From the NCBI RefSeq assembly GCF_900083515.1, contig NZ_LT671858.1:1770001-1802000 (forward strand): a stretch of 32,000 nt of DNA, given 5' to 3'. How positions within the stretch are numbered: the first letter of the stretch is position 1; every line of letters starts with the position of its first letter. The notes under the pieces were generated by a model. The model was not told the DNA's origin. It saw nothing but the letters and a program-made list of their open reading frames with translations, and did not search any database. This document shows positions 16,808 through 26,391 of this stretch, piece by piece. Position numbers and translations under genes: made by a program. This stretch comes from Cuniculiplasma divulgatum. GTDB taxonomy: Archaea; Thermoplasmatota; Thermoplasmata; Thermoplasmatales; Thermoplasmataceae.

Positions 16808-17482
16808 TCACTCTGTCATTTCTTTAGCTTTCCTGAACAGCTCCACAAATTTTTCCGCTGATATTCTTCCAGTGTTCACATTCCTTGGACTTGGGTGAAA
16901 TATGCACATAACTCTGTATCTATCAATTTCATAGATTTCACCATTTCCAAACTTCCATCCTCTTACTGTTTTTCCCATTTCCCTCAGGGATTGAACTACC
17001 GCATCAAACGCTATCTTTCCCAGAACGACTATAATCTTCAGATTTTTCATCAACTGGATCTCTTGAAGTAGATACATATTACAATTAGTTATTTCTCCTT
17101 TTTCTGGCTTGTTTTCTGGTGGAACACATCGAACAGCAAGTGATATATAGGAATCAAAATATGTGAGACCATCATCTTTTGAAAGAGACGTTTTCTGGTT
17201 TGTTATGCCTGCATCGTATAAACATGAAATGAGAAATTCTGAACTTTTATCCCCTGTAAAAACACGACCCGTTCTGTTTCCTCCTGAGGCAGCAGGTGCA
17301 AGTCCTACTATCATCATTCTTCCGTTTATATCTCCATACCCGGTTAGTGGTTTTCTCCAGAATATTTCTCGTTCGTATTTTTTTGACTTTTCAAGAACAT
17401 GCTCCCTAAAATCTACAAGTCTAGAGCATTTTCTGCAATTGATAATTTTCATGTTAAGAGCAGATATAGAATCCTCATCCAT
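16808..17482 (-). CDS. Uracil-DNA glycosylase superfamily protein, family 5 (UdgB)-like with Fe-S cysteines
   Basis: N-terminal CRKCSRL, plus downstream RCVPP and NCNMYL cysteines (4Fe-4S ligand pattern of families 4 and 5). Motif A is GLAPAASGGNRTGRVFTGD; the GLAPA form is typical of family 5, whereas family 4 has GEAPG. The HPSPRN motif lies near the C-terminus. Confidence 0.85.
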   Translation of the reverse strand: MDEDSISALNMKIINCRKCSRLVDFREHVLEKSKKYEREIFWRKPLTGYGDINGRMMIVGLAPAASGGNRTGRVFTGDKSSEFLISCLYDAGITNQKTSLSKDDGLTYFDSYISLAVRCVPPENKPEKGEITNCNMYLLQEIQLMKNLKIIVVLGKIAFDAVVQSLREMGKTVRGWKFGNGEIYEIDRYRVMCIFHPSPRNVNTGRISAEKFVELFRKAKEMTE

Positions 17483-17663
17483 GGAAAGACATAGCTTTCT
17501 TACTAAAAATAAACACCATCAACAGGACACCATTTTAATCATAAAATAAGCCAGAAAAATAAAAGAATTCGAGAATAACATAAAATTGATGAATATATGT
17601 ATGTTACAGTAAAATTACCAATTGTTTAGAATAATATTAATAAATTGATTGAATTGAAGTGCT

Positions 17664-18122
17664 ATGAAGCTTACATCAGTACTGGGGGGTGTTGCCCTTC
17701 TTTCATTTTATATATTCATAGTAGTATATTATAAGTTTATTTTATTTTATATTATTGACCTAATCCCGGTGCTGGCCCTTGGAGGTTTTCTACTTGTAAG
17801 TGGTGCGCGATCAAAGAGTGTTAAGAATATCAAGAGAAAATCTGATCAGTCCATATTTGATGGTATTATGAATATAGGTCTTGAGAAGATAAGGAAAGGA
17901 GACCTTACCGTTGATGAAACCACATTTTCAGTCATAATGAATAAGATTAGTAAATTCATAGTTGAGCAGCATGAAGTTCCAGAATTTGGCTTTAATTCTC
18001 TATACCTTAAGTCAGGTACAGAGCCTGAGGCTGAAGATCTTGAAAATAAAATTAAAAACCTTGGTATATCCTGTAAAGTAATCCAGGATCGTGGAAAATA
18101 TTACGTAATGATTGAACTCTGA
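17664..18122 (+). CDS. Hypothetical small membrane protein (two N-terminal TM helices plus a soluble domain of about 90 aa)
   Basis: The ORF has an ATG start, hydrophobic segments VLGGVALLSFYIFIVVYYKFILFYII and LIPVLALGGFLLV, then a charged soluble tail. I recognise no family motif. Confidence 0.5.
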   Translation: MKLTSVLGGVALLSFYIFIVVYYKFILFYIIDLIPVLALGGFLLVSGARSKSVKNIKRKSDQSIFDGIMNIGLEKIRKGDLTVDETTFSVIMNKISKFIVEQHEVPEFGFNSLYLKSGTEPEAEDLENKIKNLGISCKVIQDRGKYYVMIEL

Positions 18123-18168
18123 ATTCTTGGAAGGAGAGTATATTATCCAGAATGGAATTATTATTATT

Positions 18169-18813
18169 ATGAGTACAAATCTTTCGGTCACAACTGAGGA
18201 TTATTTAAAATCTATATATGAATTAAATGAATACAAGGGTTTTGCGACCCTGGCTGATATTTCACAGATACTTGGAACAGCGAGGCAGACTGTTTACGAT
18301 GAAATAAAGATACTTCTTGATAAGAACTTTGTGAAAAGGAAAGATAGGGGAAAGTATTCTCTCACTGATGGAGGTGAAAGAGAAGCTAACCTGTTTTTGA
18401 GGAAACATAGAGTTGCCGAGATACTTCTCTGGAAAGGGTTGAATATGAAGTGGTCCAAACTTGATGATCAGGCAATGGGCATAGAGCATGGCATGACGGA
18501 GGAGATTATTTCAGCGGCGTGTAAGAAATTTAACTGCGAAAAATGTCCTCATGGAAATCCAATACCAAATAGCAATGGAGACGTTTTCCTTCCTGCAGAC
18601 CTGAAATATAAGGAGCTTGAAGTTGGAAAAAGGTACTTTCTGAATAGAGTGATTTTTGAAACTCCCGATATCCTGAAATTTCTTGAAGAAAATTCTCTCC
18701 TTCCGAATGTCATTGTACTGAAGGACAATAATCAAAATGAGCTAATGATGAGTGATGACAGGAGAATTGGTATTCCCGATTATGTACTAGATGCTCTGAG
18801 ATTCAGAAAATGA
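18169..18813 (+). CDS. DtxR/MntR-family metal-dependent transcriptional repressor with a C-terminal FeoA/SH3-like domain
   Basis: MSTNLSVTTEDYLKSIYEL is the canonical DtxR-family N-terminus, followed by an HTH (LADISQILGTARQTVYDEIKIL) and the dimerisation/metal region RKHRVAEILL...HGMTEE. The track ORF begins at a TTG at 18112, but family architecture favours the ATG at 18169. Confidence 0.85.
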   Translation: MSTNLSVTTEDYLKSIYELNEYKGFATLADISQILGTARQTVYDEIKILLDKNFVKRKDRGKYSLTDGGEREANLFLRKHRVAEILLWKGLNMKWSKLDDQAMGIEHGMTEEIISAACKKFNCEKCPHGNPIPNSNGDVFLPADLKYKELEVGKRYFLNRVIFETPDILKFLEENSLLPNVIVLKDNNQNELMMSDDRRIGIPDYVLDALRFRK

Positions 18814-18845
18814 ATTTTTAGGATCAGAACGTTTCCCTCAGTTCA

Positions 18846-20183
18846 TCAGTTGTTAATAGGATCTTTAAGCTTGTTTGAACTCTCTTTTGATAATAGTAAT
18901 CCTATGAGAAGAACGATTGTTCCAATGAACAGAAAGACCAACCATGATTGTCCAGTTGTACCGAACAGATTTTTAGAAGAGAAGTATATTACTGCAGAAA
19001 TTCCAAAGCTAGCTGGTATTGCAGCACCGTTGTATATGAATCCTATTGATGTAGTCCTGTGTGACTTGCTGAAAACCTCTGATAGGAATGCAGGTATGGA
19101 AGCGAATATTGCTGCTTCGATGAATGCCTGAATGGAAAATGCAACAATGGTTAGTGTGAGATTTCCAGAAAATACAAGGTAATAAAGCGGTATTAATGAT
19201 ATAAGGAATATTATGGAAAACACAGTCATTGTCAATTTTCTTTTAAATATTAGGAATGCAAAAACTCCGCCAATCCAGACGCCTATCAGTGATATGAGAT
19301 TTATGTAAGAATTATAAAGATCATCGGCAGATCCTGATATTTTTGTATACAGCTCCCCAAGAAATGTGGGATAGAAACTCAATGTTATTGTATTTAACAG
19401 TAGCAGGCCTGCCACCAGCAAAAAGGCTGAAACGAGTATTCTTGTTTGTAATATGGTACCTTCTAGTGGAACTTTTTCAATTTCATTCCTGGATTTCATT
19501 TCATCAAAAACAGGGCTCTCGTGGGTAAATAGCCTGATGATTACTGCAACTATTCCTGGTATAATGGTTGTTGCAAATATGACCCTCCATACAAGATCGT
19601 CTGCCTGTGCTGGACCATAATAAGACCTGATAAAAGACGCGACAAGCAAAAGAATGAAATATCCAACACCATAACCACTCTGTACGAAAGCACCTACTGC
19701 TACCCTTTTTCCCTGAGGTATTGCTTCCATAGATAGTGCTGTTCCTCCTGAATATTCGGCACCTGCAAAAATACCAACTAAGAATAGGAGTATGTAAAGT
19801 ATTGCTGTAGCAGCATAACCTGCGGACTGGTAAGTTGGGATAAAGGCAATCAGGAATGAAAAGAATGAAAACCCTACTATTGAGTACAGTAACATCTTTC
19901 TTCTCCCAAGCTTATCTCCAAGAAAGTTCCCAAGTGCTATTGATCCAACAAATCTTGCAAGGGCTCCTACTGCAAGCCCCAGAAATGTCAGAAAAAGAGA
20001 ATCTGAAAAGTTTGATGGAAAGAATACACCAGATATGGTTACAGCAACAACCACGTATGCTATTGATGTATAACCGTCCATCAGCCATCCAGAGAATGCC
20101 GAAAGGATCTGGGCAACCTGAGTTCTATTCAGCTTTTCCGATTTCATTTGATTACTTTCATTTATAGCCATGAAGATATTCAC
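18846..20183 (-). CDS. MFS transporter (metabolite:H+ symporter-like)
   Basis: A 12-TM profile. The loop 2-3 motif GNFLGDKLGRRKML matches the MFS G...D+.GRR motif. A central cytoplasmic loop (ESPVFDEMKSRNEIEK) is typical of the MHS/sugar-porter type. Confidence 0.85.
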   Translation of the reverse strand: MNIFMAINESNQMKSEKLNRTQVAQILSAFSGWLMDGYTSIAYVVVAVTISGVFFPSNFSDSLFLTFLGLAVGALARFVGSIALGNFLGDKLGRRKMLLYSIVGFSFFSFLIAFIPTYQSAGYAATAILYILLFLVGIFAGAEYSGGTALSMEAIPQGKRVAVGAFVQSGYGVGYFILLLVASFIRSYYGPAQADDLVWRVIFATTIIPGIVAVIIRLFTHESPVFDEMKSRNEIEKVPLEGTILQTRILVSAFLLVAGLLLLNTITLSFYPTFLGELYTKISGSADDLYNSYINLISLIGVWIGGVFAFLIFKRKLTMTVFSIIFLISLIPLYYLVFSGNLTLTIVAFSIQAFIEAAIFASIPAFLSEVFSKSHRTTSIGFIYNGAAIPASFGISAVIYFSSKNLFGTTGQSWLVFLFIGTIVLLIGLLLSKESSNKLKDPINN

Positions 20184-20580
20184 CCATCTACTTATATTTG
20201 AATATACTAAATTCCAGTGATTTCAAAGGTTTTACAAATGTAGAGCTTACGGATCTATCCTGTATTCTTCTCCCATCCACTTCATTGAATTCAAACCTTT
20301 TCACTCAGCCTTTATGAATCACGTATATATATTTATATTCTTATTTTATATTCATATTTAGATCTAAATTCCCTTTCATTTATACTTCAACAATTTATTC
20401 ATTTATTTGATTATTGGCATCTTGTAGATTAGAAGTGTTGAACGATAAACTCCTCGGATCATCACCATGACAAATTTTAATCGTTTAAGTTTTAGTAATC
20501 TGCTTCAATCTCTACACTATTATAAAAGTTTTGGAATCAACTACAAAACTTTAAAATTCTCGTCATAATATAGGGTTATT

Positions 20581-22329
20581 TTGAATGATAATAAAAAAAG
20601 TTTTTTGAAAAAAATAAAGGGAGTGTTTGAACCTCTTCTATTCTCAAGAGAGTACCTTAAGAACAAGAAGTGGGTAATTTACCTTATAATTGGATTTGCA
20701 GTGCTTTCTACTGCCACAAGGTTGCTTGTCCCAATTATAATTGGAGCAATAATTGATTCCCTGGAATCCAAGAATTTCAACGCGATTTATCTGGAGATTG
20801 AATACATTCTTCTTCTGGCAGTGCTATCAGCAGTTGCCTCTTTCGTGGTTAACTTTGGAGCGCAGTACTCCAGTCAGATATATGCCTATAACCTGAGAAA
20901 GAAAGTTGTAAATAGCATGGTAAAGAAAAAGACTAAATTCTTTCAGGACAAAACATCTGGTGATCTTCTCTCCAGAACAACAATGGATATTGACGCGAGC
21001 AGAAATTTCATTATGAATTCTCTATCACAGTTAATTCCAACTATTCTAATAATAATATTTGCAGTTGGTTATCTCTTCTACATCAACGTATTCTATTCCC
21101 TATTCTTTCTTGCAACTGTTCCAATTCTTATCTTTATAGGCATAAAGTTTCAGAGGAAACAGAGACCACACTGGATGAAGATAAGAGAAACCTATGGAGT
21201 TATGACTGAAAGCATTCAGGAAGACATCACTGGACAGAGGACCGTCAGATCATACCTGCAGGAAGAGCCTCAGATAAATAGATTTACAGGAATAACAGAC
21301 ACGTATTACGGCGAATACATGGAAGTGGCTAACCTGCGGGGATTTTACAACAACCTAATGCCATTCATAATAAGTGCTGCCGCCACTGCTGTAATATTCT
21401 ATGGAGGTTACACATCAATTATAGCTAGAAGCGATGTTGGTGGACTGGTAGCTGCTGTAAATATATTTACAATGGTAACTTTCCCGGTAAGTTTTCTTGG
21501 AAGACTGATTGCATTTTCAGAAAATGCCAGAGCGGGAATAGGAAGGATAAAGGGGGTACTCGACAGGGATCTTGATGAGGATGTTTTAACAGATGGTGAT
21601 TTCCCAAAAGGAAATGGTATAAGCATGAGGAACATCAGATATAAGCGGGGAGACAGAGAAATCTTAAGAAATATTGATTTAGAAATCCCTCCTGAGTCGT
21701 TTGTGTGCCTTACAGGTGAAACAGGTACTGGTAAAAGTTCCCTTGTTAATCTCATACCAAGACTTGAAGACCCCGCTGAAGGAGAAATTTTTATCGGTGG
21801 TGTAAACATAAAGGATATTCCACTTTCTTCATTGAGAAAGAATATAGCTATAGTTCCTCAGGAAATAAGTCTTCTCTCAGGAACTATAAGTGAAAATATA
21901 ATATTTGGAAGAAAGGGAATAACAGAAGAAATGGCCAAAAGGGCAGCTAAGATTGCAAGAATAGATGACTTTATAGAGAATCTTCCAGAAGGTTATTCAA
22001 CAATTATTGGGGAACGGGGAATAACACTTTCAGGAGGTCAGAGGCAGAGAGTTGCACTTGCAAGGGCAATAGCATCAAATCCAAGAATACTGATTTTGGA
22101 TGATGCCACTTCAAGCGTTGATCCAGAGACTGAGCTAGCAATTTTCTCGAGGATCGTGAAGAACATAGAAGGCATTACTGTCGTGCTCGTGTCCCTGAGA
22201 TACTCGGCTATGAAATATGCAACAACAGTTTATGAGCTTGAGGATGGGGAAATAAAACAGCTCGATAGTATTGAAGAATTAAACTACGCGATGGAGAAAG
22301 AGGGGTACGAAAATGAAACAGACCTATGA
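20581..22329 (+). CDS. ABC exporter half-transporter (TMD-NBD), the subunit with the degenerate ATP site
   Basis: A 6-TM N-terminal domain, then Walker A GETGTGKSS and the canonical signature LSGGQRQRVALARAI. Walker B is ILILDDATSSVD (Asp replaces the catalytic Glu). The H-loop position reads VSLRYS (Leu replaces His). The apparent start is TTG, and there is no in-frame ATG nearby. Confidence 0.9.
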   Translation: MNDNKKSFLKKIKGVFEPLLFSREYLKNKKWVIYLIIGFAVLSTATRLLVPIIIGAIIDSLESKNFNAIYLEIEYILLLAVLSAVASFVVNFGAQYSSQIYAYNLRKKVVNSMVKKKTKFFQDKTSGDLLSRTTMDIDASRNFIMNSLSQLIPTILIIIFAVGYLFYINVFYSLFFLATVPILIFIGIKFQRKQRPHWMKIRETYGVMTESIQEDITGQRTVRSYLQEEPQINRFTGITDTYYGEYMEVANLRGFYNNLMPFIISAAATAVIFYGGYTSIIARSDVGGLVAAVNIFTMVTFPVSFLGRLIAFSENARAGIGRIKGVLDRDLDEDVLTDGDFPKGNGISMRNIRYKRGDREILRNIDLEIPPESFVCLTGETGTGKSSLVNLIPRLEDPAEGEIFIGGVNIKDIPLSSLRKNIAIVPQEISLLSGTISENIIFGRKGITEEMAKRAAKIARIDDFIENLPEGYSTIIGERGITLSGGQRQRVALARAIASNPRILILDDATSSVDPETELAIFSRIVKNIEGITVVLVSLRYSAMKYATTVYELEDGEIKQLDSIEELNYAMEKEGYENETDL

Positions 22330-24097
22330 AGAAATAGAAGAAACTTACATAAAGACCCTAAAGGGAAGGGCGGCCCTTAAGAGACTCTTAAAGGACATGG
22401 CAAAAAACAGGAAGCAAATGGCTGTACTCATTGCCTCAGTGATGATAACGGCCATTGCAGCTACCTTCTCTCCTCTCGCTATTGGGGATGCAGTCAACGG
22501 AGTGGCTGATAGAAGCTTCAAGGTTATACTTGATTTCAGCCTTCTATTCATTGGACTGGCGATGATACAGTTTGCATCTAATAGATTCAGGGTGATAAGC
22601 TCAACCATACTCGCTCAGGGTACTGTAAAAAATCTTAGGGACAGATCATTCAAAAGCATCCAGCACGTTCCCATATCATTTTTCAGCAAGGTTAAGGCAG
22701 GTTTTTTGATCAGCAGAATGACAAACGATGGTGAAACACTTGGTGAGTTTCTTACCTTCCAGATCCCCTCAGTTGTCTCTGGAATGACAACAGTAATCCT
22801 ATCAATTGCAATTATGCTATATCTAGATTTTAACCTTACACTCTATGCCCTAATAGTGCTTCCTTTTCTTTCTATTTTCACCATATCACTTCAGGGAAAG
22901 GTGAGGAAGAATTATCTTAGAACAAGAAGGACAATTGCAGCCATTACAGGAAATCTTGCTGAAAATATATCGTCCATAAGAAGCATAAAAGCATTCAACG
23001 TAGAATCATATACTGAGGAAAGATTTGATGGTCTCAACAATGATAATCTTAATGCAAATATCAGGGCATCACGGCTTTCTTCAATGTACGGTGCGATAGT
23101 AAGAATAATTGAATATTCTGGAATAGCTATCGTTGTGCTGGCAGGAGCAATACAGTTGAAGGCAGGATTAATTTCAATTGGTATCCTTGTTTCATTCATC
23201 TTTTACGTTCAGGAGTTCTTTGACCCAGTGATCCAGCTTTCACAGCTTTATAACTCTTACCAGTCGTCTATTGTAGGAGTAGGAAGGATTTACGGAATTA
23301 TAGACAGCAAGAAAGAGGTTCAGTCTGAGGGAGAGATAAATATATCAACTCTCAATGATTCAATTGTTCTGAAGGATGTGAACTTCGCCTATGACGATTC
23401 AGATGCCCTCAAAAATATTAATCTCACCATAAAGAAGGGAGAGAATATTGGAATTGTTGGGCACACAGGGGCTGGGAAAACCACACTTTCTAACCTGATA
23501 ATGAAATTTTATACTCCACAAACCGGGGAGATACTGGTGGATGGGAGAAATCTTTCAGAAATTAACACAGAATCCTACAGGAACCTCATATCTCCGGTAC
23601 TACAGGAACCATTCCTTTTCAGGGGCACCATATATGAGAATGTAAAGATTGCTGCCCCTGACAAATCAGAGAACGAGATAGAAAAACTTGCTTCCGATTT
23701 CAGCCTAAAAAGAATCTTTGACAAGTTACCAGAGGGAATGGAAACTAACGTCGGAGAACTTGGGAGAAGTCTATCAGAGGGACAAAAACAGGCAATAGCA
23801 ATTCTGAGAGCATTATGCAGGGATCCACAAATCATCATAATGGATGAACCAACATCAAACATTGATCCCTACTCCGAAAAATTCATCTTTCAGAGTCTGG
23901 AAAAATTTGCCCGTGAAAGAACACTTATTCTGATAACACACAGGTTCTCTATGATATCTCTGGTAGATAAGATAATAGTGCTACAGGACGGCAAGATTGT
24001 TGAATCTGGAACTTTCCCAGAGTTGAGGGAAAAGAAAGGAATATTCTCCCAGATGTATGATATTCTCTACGGAAACAGAGGCGAAAGCATAGAATAG
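22313..24097 (+). CDS. ABC exporter half-transporter (TMD-NBD), the subunit with the consensus ATP site
   Basis: It overlaps the upstream gene by 17 nt. Walker A is GHTGAGKTT, Walker B is IIIMDEPTSNID (Glu present) and the H-loop is ITHRFS (His present). The signature is LSEGQKQAI (G to E). Confidence 0.9.
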   Translation: MKQTYEEIEETYIKTLKGRAALKRLLKDMAKNRKQMAVLIASVMITAIAATFSPLAIGDAVNGVADRSFKVILDFSLLFIGLAMIQFASNRFRVISSTILAQGTVKNLRDRSFKSIQHVPISFFSKVKAGFLISRMTNDGETLGEFLTFQIPSVVSGMTTVILSIAIMLYLDFNLTLYALIVLPFLSIFTISLQGKVRKNYLRTRRTIAAITGNLAENISSIRSIKAFNVESYTEERFDGLNNDNLNANIRASRLSSMYGAIVRIIEYSGIAIVVLAGAIQLKAGLISIGILVSFIFYVQEFFDPVIQLSQLYNSYQSSIVGVGRIYGIIDSKKEVQSEGEINISTLNDSIVLKDVNFAYDDSDALKNINLTIKKGENIGIVGHTGAGKTTLSNLIMKFYTPQTGEILVDGRNLSEINTESYRNLISPVLQEPFLFRGTIYENVKIAAPDKSENEIEKLASDFSLKRIFDKLPEGMETNVGELGRSLSEGQKQAIAILRALCRDPQIIIMDEPTSNIDPYSEKFIFQSLEKFARERTLILITHRFSMISLVDKIIVLQDGKIVESGTFPELREKKGIFSQMYDILYGNRGESIE

Positions 24098-24100
24098 GTG

Positions 24101-24128
24101 AAAAAAAGTGAACTCAATTAACTTTTTT
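24101..24128. terminator. Candidate bidirectional terminator: A-run/T-run inverted repeat between convergent genes
   Basis: AAAAAAGT (24102-24109) and ACTTTTTT (24121-24128) are reverse complements separated by 11 nt. They place an oligo-T tract downstream of the stop on each strand. The right arm lies inside the 3' end of the minus-strand gene. Confidence 0.3.
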
Positions 24129-25040
24129 CTTCAGGATATCCTCCATTGCTATGTTGATGTCTGAAAATTTAATTTTATAACCAAGAGATTCTATTTTTTC
24201 TGATTTTATTAGCTGACTTTTTAGGACAAGATCTGAAGCTTTACCGAAGAGAGATTTTATGATAAAACCTGGAATAGGCAGACCAGACTTTTTCTTAAGT
24301 GCCTTTCCTACACTTTCAGAGAATATTCTGGACGTACAGTTACCTCCTACACTGTTTATTGGACCTGAGAAGTTAGGGTTTTCAATTGCGGATGTTATAA
24401 TTCCAATCTCATCATCCATGTGAACCCATGGGAATATCTGGCTACCAGGTCTTACATATCCTCCCAGACCCTTTAAGAAATATGGCACTAATGCGGCCAG
24501 TGCTCCTTCGCCATTTTCAAGTACCAGGGTTGTTCTTACAGTTACAACTCTAACACCAAAATCCTTCGCTCTATATGCTTCCCTTTCCCAGTTGGATACA
24601 AGGTTTGCCCAGAAGTCTTTCCCCTCGGGAGAGCTTTCTGTTGCTGCAACATTTTCTGAATATCCATATATGCCAGCCGCAGATCCATTTATTAGTACTT
24701 CTGGCTTTATACTGCATTTTCCTATTGCTTCAACTATGTATCTGGTTCCCTTTACCCTGCTATCTACTACCTCTTTCTCATAATCTCCTCTCCACTTTGA
24801 AAAAATAGGAGCTCCCGAGAGATTTACCACACCTTTTATTCCGTTCATGAATTCAGAGAGTTCATCTGGTCTGTTTATGTTGTATTCTATATAGCTTACA
24901 GCACCCGGTAATATTTCCATGGCTCTCTGAGTATTCCTTGAAACCACATACAAATCATAATTCTTCTCCTTAAGTGAATTGTAGAGCCTTTTCCCTATGG
25001 AACCTGTAGCTCCAATTAACATAACTTTTTTATTTTCCAT
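24114..25040 (-). CDS. NAD-dependent epimerase-family protein with a C-terminal DUF1731-like region (YfcH/SDR39U1-like)
   Basis: N-terminal VMLIGATGSIGKRL Rossmann motif, VVNLSGAPI, and a C-terminal tail LKSQLIKSEKIESLGYKIKFSDINIAMEDIL typical of the YfcH/TIGR01777-type family. Confidence 0.85.
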   Translation of the reverse strand: MENKKVMLIGATGSIGKRLYNSLKEKNYDLYVVSRNTQRAMEILPGAVSYIEYNINRPDELSEFMNGIKGVVNLSGAPIFSKWRGDYEKEVVDSRVKGTRYIVEAIGKCSIKPEVLINGSAAGIYGYSENVAATESSPEGKDFWANLVSNWEREAYRAKDFGVRVVTVRTTLVLENGEGALAALVPYFLKGLGGYVRPGSQIFPWVHMDDEIGIITSAIENPNFSGPINSVGGNCTSRIFSESVGKALKKKSGLPIPGFIIKSLFGKASDLVLKSQLIKSEKIESLGYKIKFSDINIAMEDILKKKVN

Positions 25041-25153
25041 ATGGGTAAAACAGGACTGAGTTTAATAGGATTTATTAAAAAAATTTTTTATGAATATTAA
25101 GTTATACATTCTTTCTATTCTATTTTGCATTTATAATTTCTTCAGAATGATAA

Positions 25154-26359
25154 GTGATAATTATTGGAACGCTATTCTCAAAGGTGAAGAGAGAATTAAA
25201 GGAAGCTTATGTAATTGAAAATTTGAGAACGCCATTCGGGAGGAGAAACGGATACTTCAGGAACACACACCCTGTCAATCTTCTTGGAAATTTGGCCCGT
25301 GAGTTGCTTTTGAGGTTGGATATAGAAGCCTCCAGCGTTGATGATTTTATAGTTGGAAGCGTAGATCAATTTGGTGAACAGTCAGCAAACATAGCCAGAA
25401 ACGCCTGGCTATCAGCAGGTCTCCCAGAAACTGTCCCAGGTGTTACAGTAGATAGACAGTGTGGTTCAAGCCTACAATCCGTACAGTTTGGTTACAGTGG
25501 AATCGAATCTGGAATTTATGATCTTGTGCTTGCAGGTGGAGTTGAATCGATGACGAGGGTACCAATGTTTTCTAGCATTAAGAGTGATTCAACACCCATG
25601 ACCAGTGAACTCAAGAAAAGATATCCTGTAGATGATGAATGGTTCAGCCAGGCCAGAGCAGCATCAATTGTTGCCGAAAAATATGGTATAACGAGGGAAG
25701 AGATGGATACCTTCAGTCTTGAGAGTCACAGGAAAGCTTATTCAAAATCCAGAGAGACAAAATCCGAAATTTTCCCATTAATGGGAATGGATAGGGATGG
25801 AAATAGTAAGGTTATGGACCGGGATGAGGGTGTGAGAACGGATAGCACCATCGAAAAGCTATCAGGATTGAAGAACGCATTTGATGGTGTTGAGAATATC
25901 ACTGCTGGAAACTCCAGTCAAATATCTGATGGGGCATCCCTCACCCTCATTGCTTCGGAGCAGAAAGCTGAACAGCTAAATCTGAATAAAAGGGCAAAGC
26001 TAAAATCCTTTACCGTTGCCGGAGTGAATCCAGTTGAAATGTTAACAGGGCCGATTGATGTTACAAAGAGAATACTTAAGAAAGAGGGTCTTACAATAAA
26101 CGACTTTGACTATTTTGAAGTTAATGAGGCTTTTGCTTCCGTTGTACTTGCATGGATTAAGTCTACAGGTGCTAACCCGGATAAGGTCAATGTCAATGGA
26201 GGGGCAATAGCCATAGGTCACCCACTGGGAGCTACCGGTTCTAGACTTGTGGGGACAATGGTTAACGTTCTTGAAAATAGAAAAGCCAGTAGAGGTCTCA
26301 TTGCCATATGTGAGGGCGGAGGTATGGCAAATGGAGTTGTGGTGGAAAGGATAGAATGA
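25154..26359 (+). CDS. Acetyl-CoA C-acetyltransferase (thiolase II-like)
   Basis: IENLRTPFGR, active-site Cys in VDRQCGSSLQSV, NEAFASV, GHPLGATGSRL and CEGGGMANG. The track start is GTG at 25154. The in-frame GTG at 25184 (giving MKRELKEAYVIE...) fits family N-termini better. Confidence 0.9.
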   Translation: MIIIGTLFSKVKRELKEAYVIENLRTPFGRRNGYFRNTHPVNLLGNLARELLLRLDIEASSVDDFIVGSVDQFGEQSANIARNAWLSAGLPETVPGVTVDRQCGSSLQSVQFGYSGIESGIYDLVLAGGVESMTRVPMFSSIKSDSTPMTSELKKRYPVDDEWFSQARAASIVAEKYGITREEMDTFSLESHRKAYSKSRETKSEIFPLMGMDRDGNSKVMDRDEGVRTDSTIEKLSGLKNAFDGVENITAGNSSQISDGASLTLIASEQKAEQLNLNKRAKLKSFTVAGVNPVEMLTGPIDVTKRILKKEGLTINDFDYFEVNEAFASVVLAWIKSTGANPDKVNVNGGAIAIGHPLGATGSRLVGTMVNVLENRKASRGLIAICEGGGMANGVVVERIE

Positions 26360-26391
26360 GGAAATTATCGAAATTTTTTAACTTTAAGTAG

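Noticed and set aside
20184-20330. Possible TPP riboswitch upstream of the MFS gene (minus-strand GGCTGAGTGAAAAGGTTTGAATTC)
   Set aside because: Only the CUGAG-like segment is present. The highly conserved ACCUGAUC..GGAUAAUGCC..GCG core is absent, so I do not call it.
20467-20568. 33-aa ORF (MTNFNRLSFSNLLQSLHYYKSFGINYKTLKFSS) just upstream of the ABC exporter; considered as a leader or secreted peptide
   Set aside because: It has no SD or clear promoter and no Gly-Gly or other leader-cleavage motif. An open frame of this length is not improbable by chance, even in AT-rich DNA.
21408-21809. 133-aa minus-strand ORF inside the first ABC exporter gene. Similar antisense ORFs occur at 239-505, 561-758, 2374-2643, 6428-6733, 7117-7692, 8776-9060, 16146-16775, 17163-17549, 18850-19131, 22345-23862 and 24575-24808.
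   Set aside because: All are nested in well-supported genes on the opposite strand and have no motifs of their own, so I treat them as shadow ORFs.
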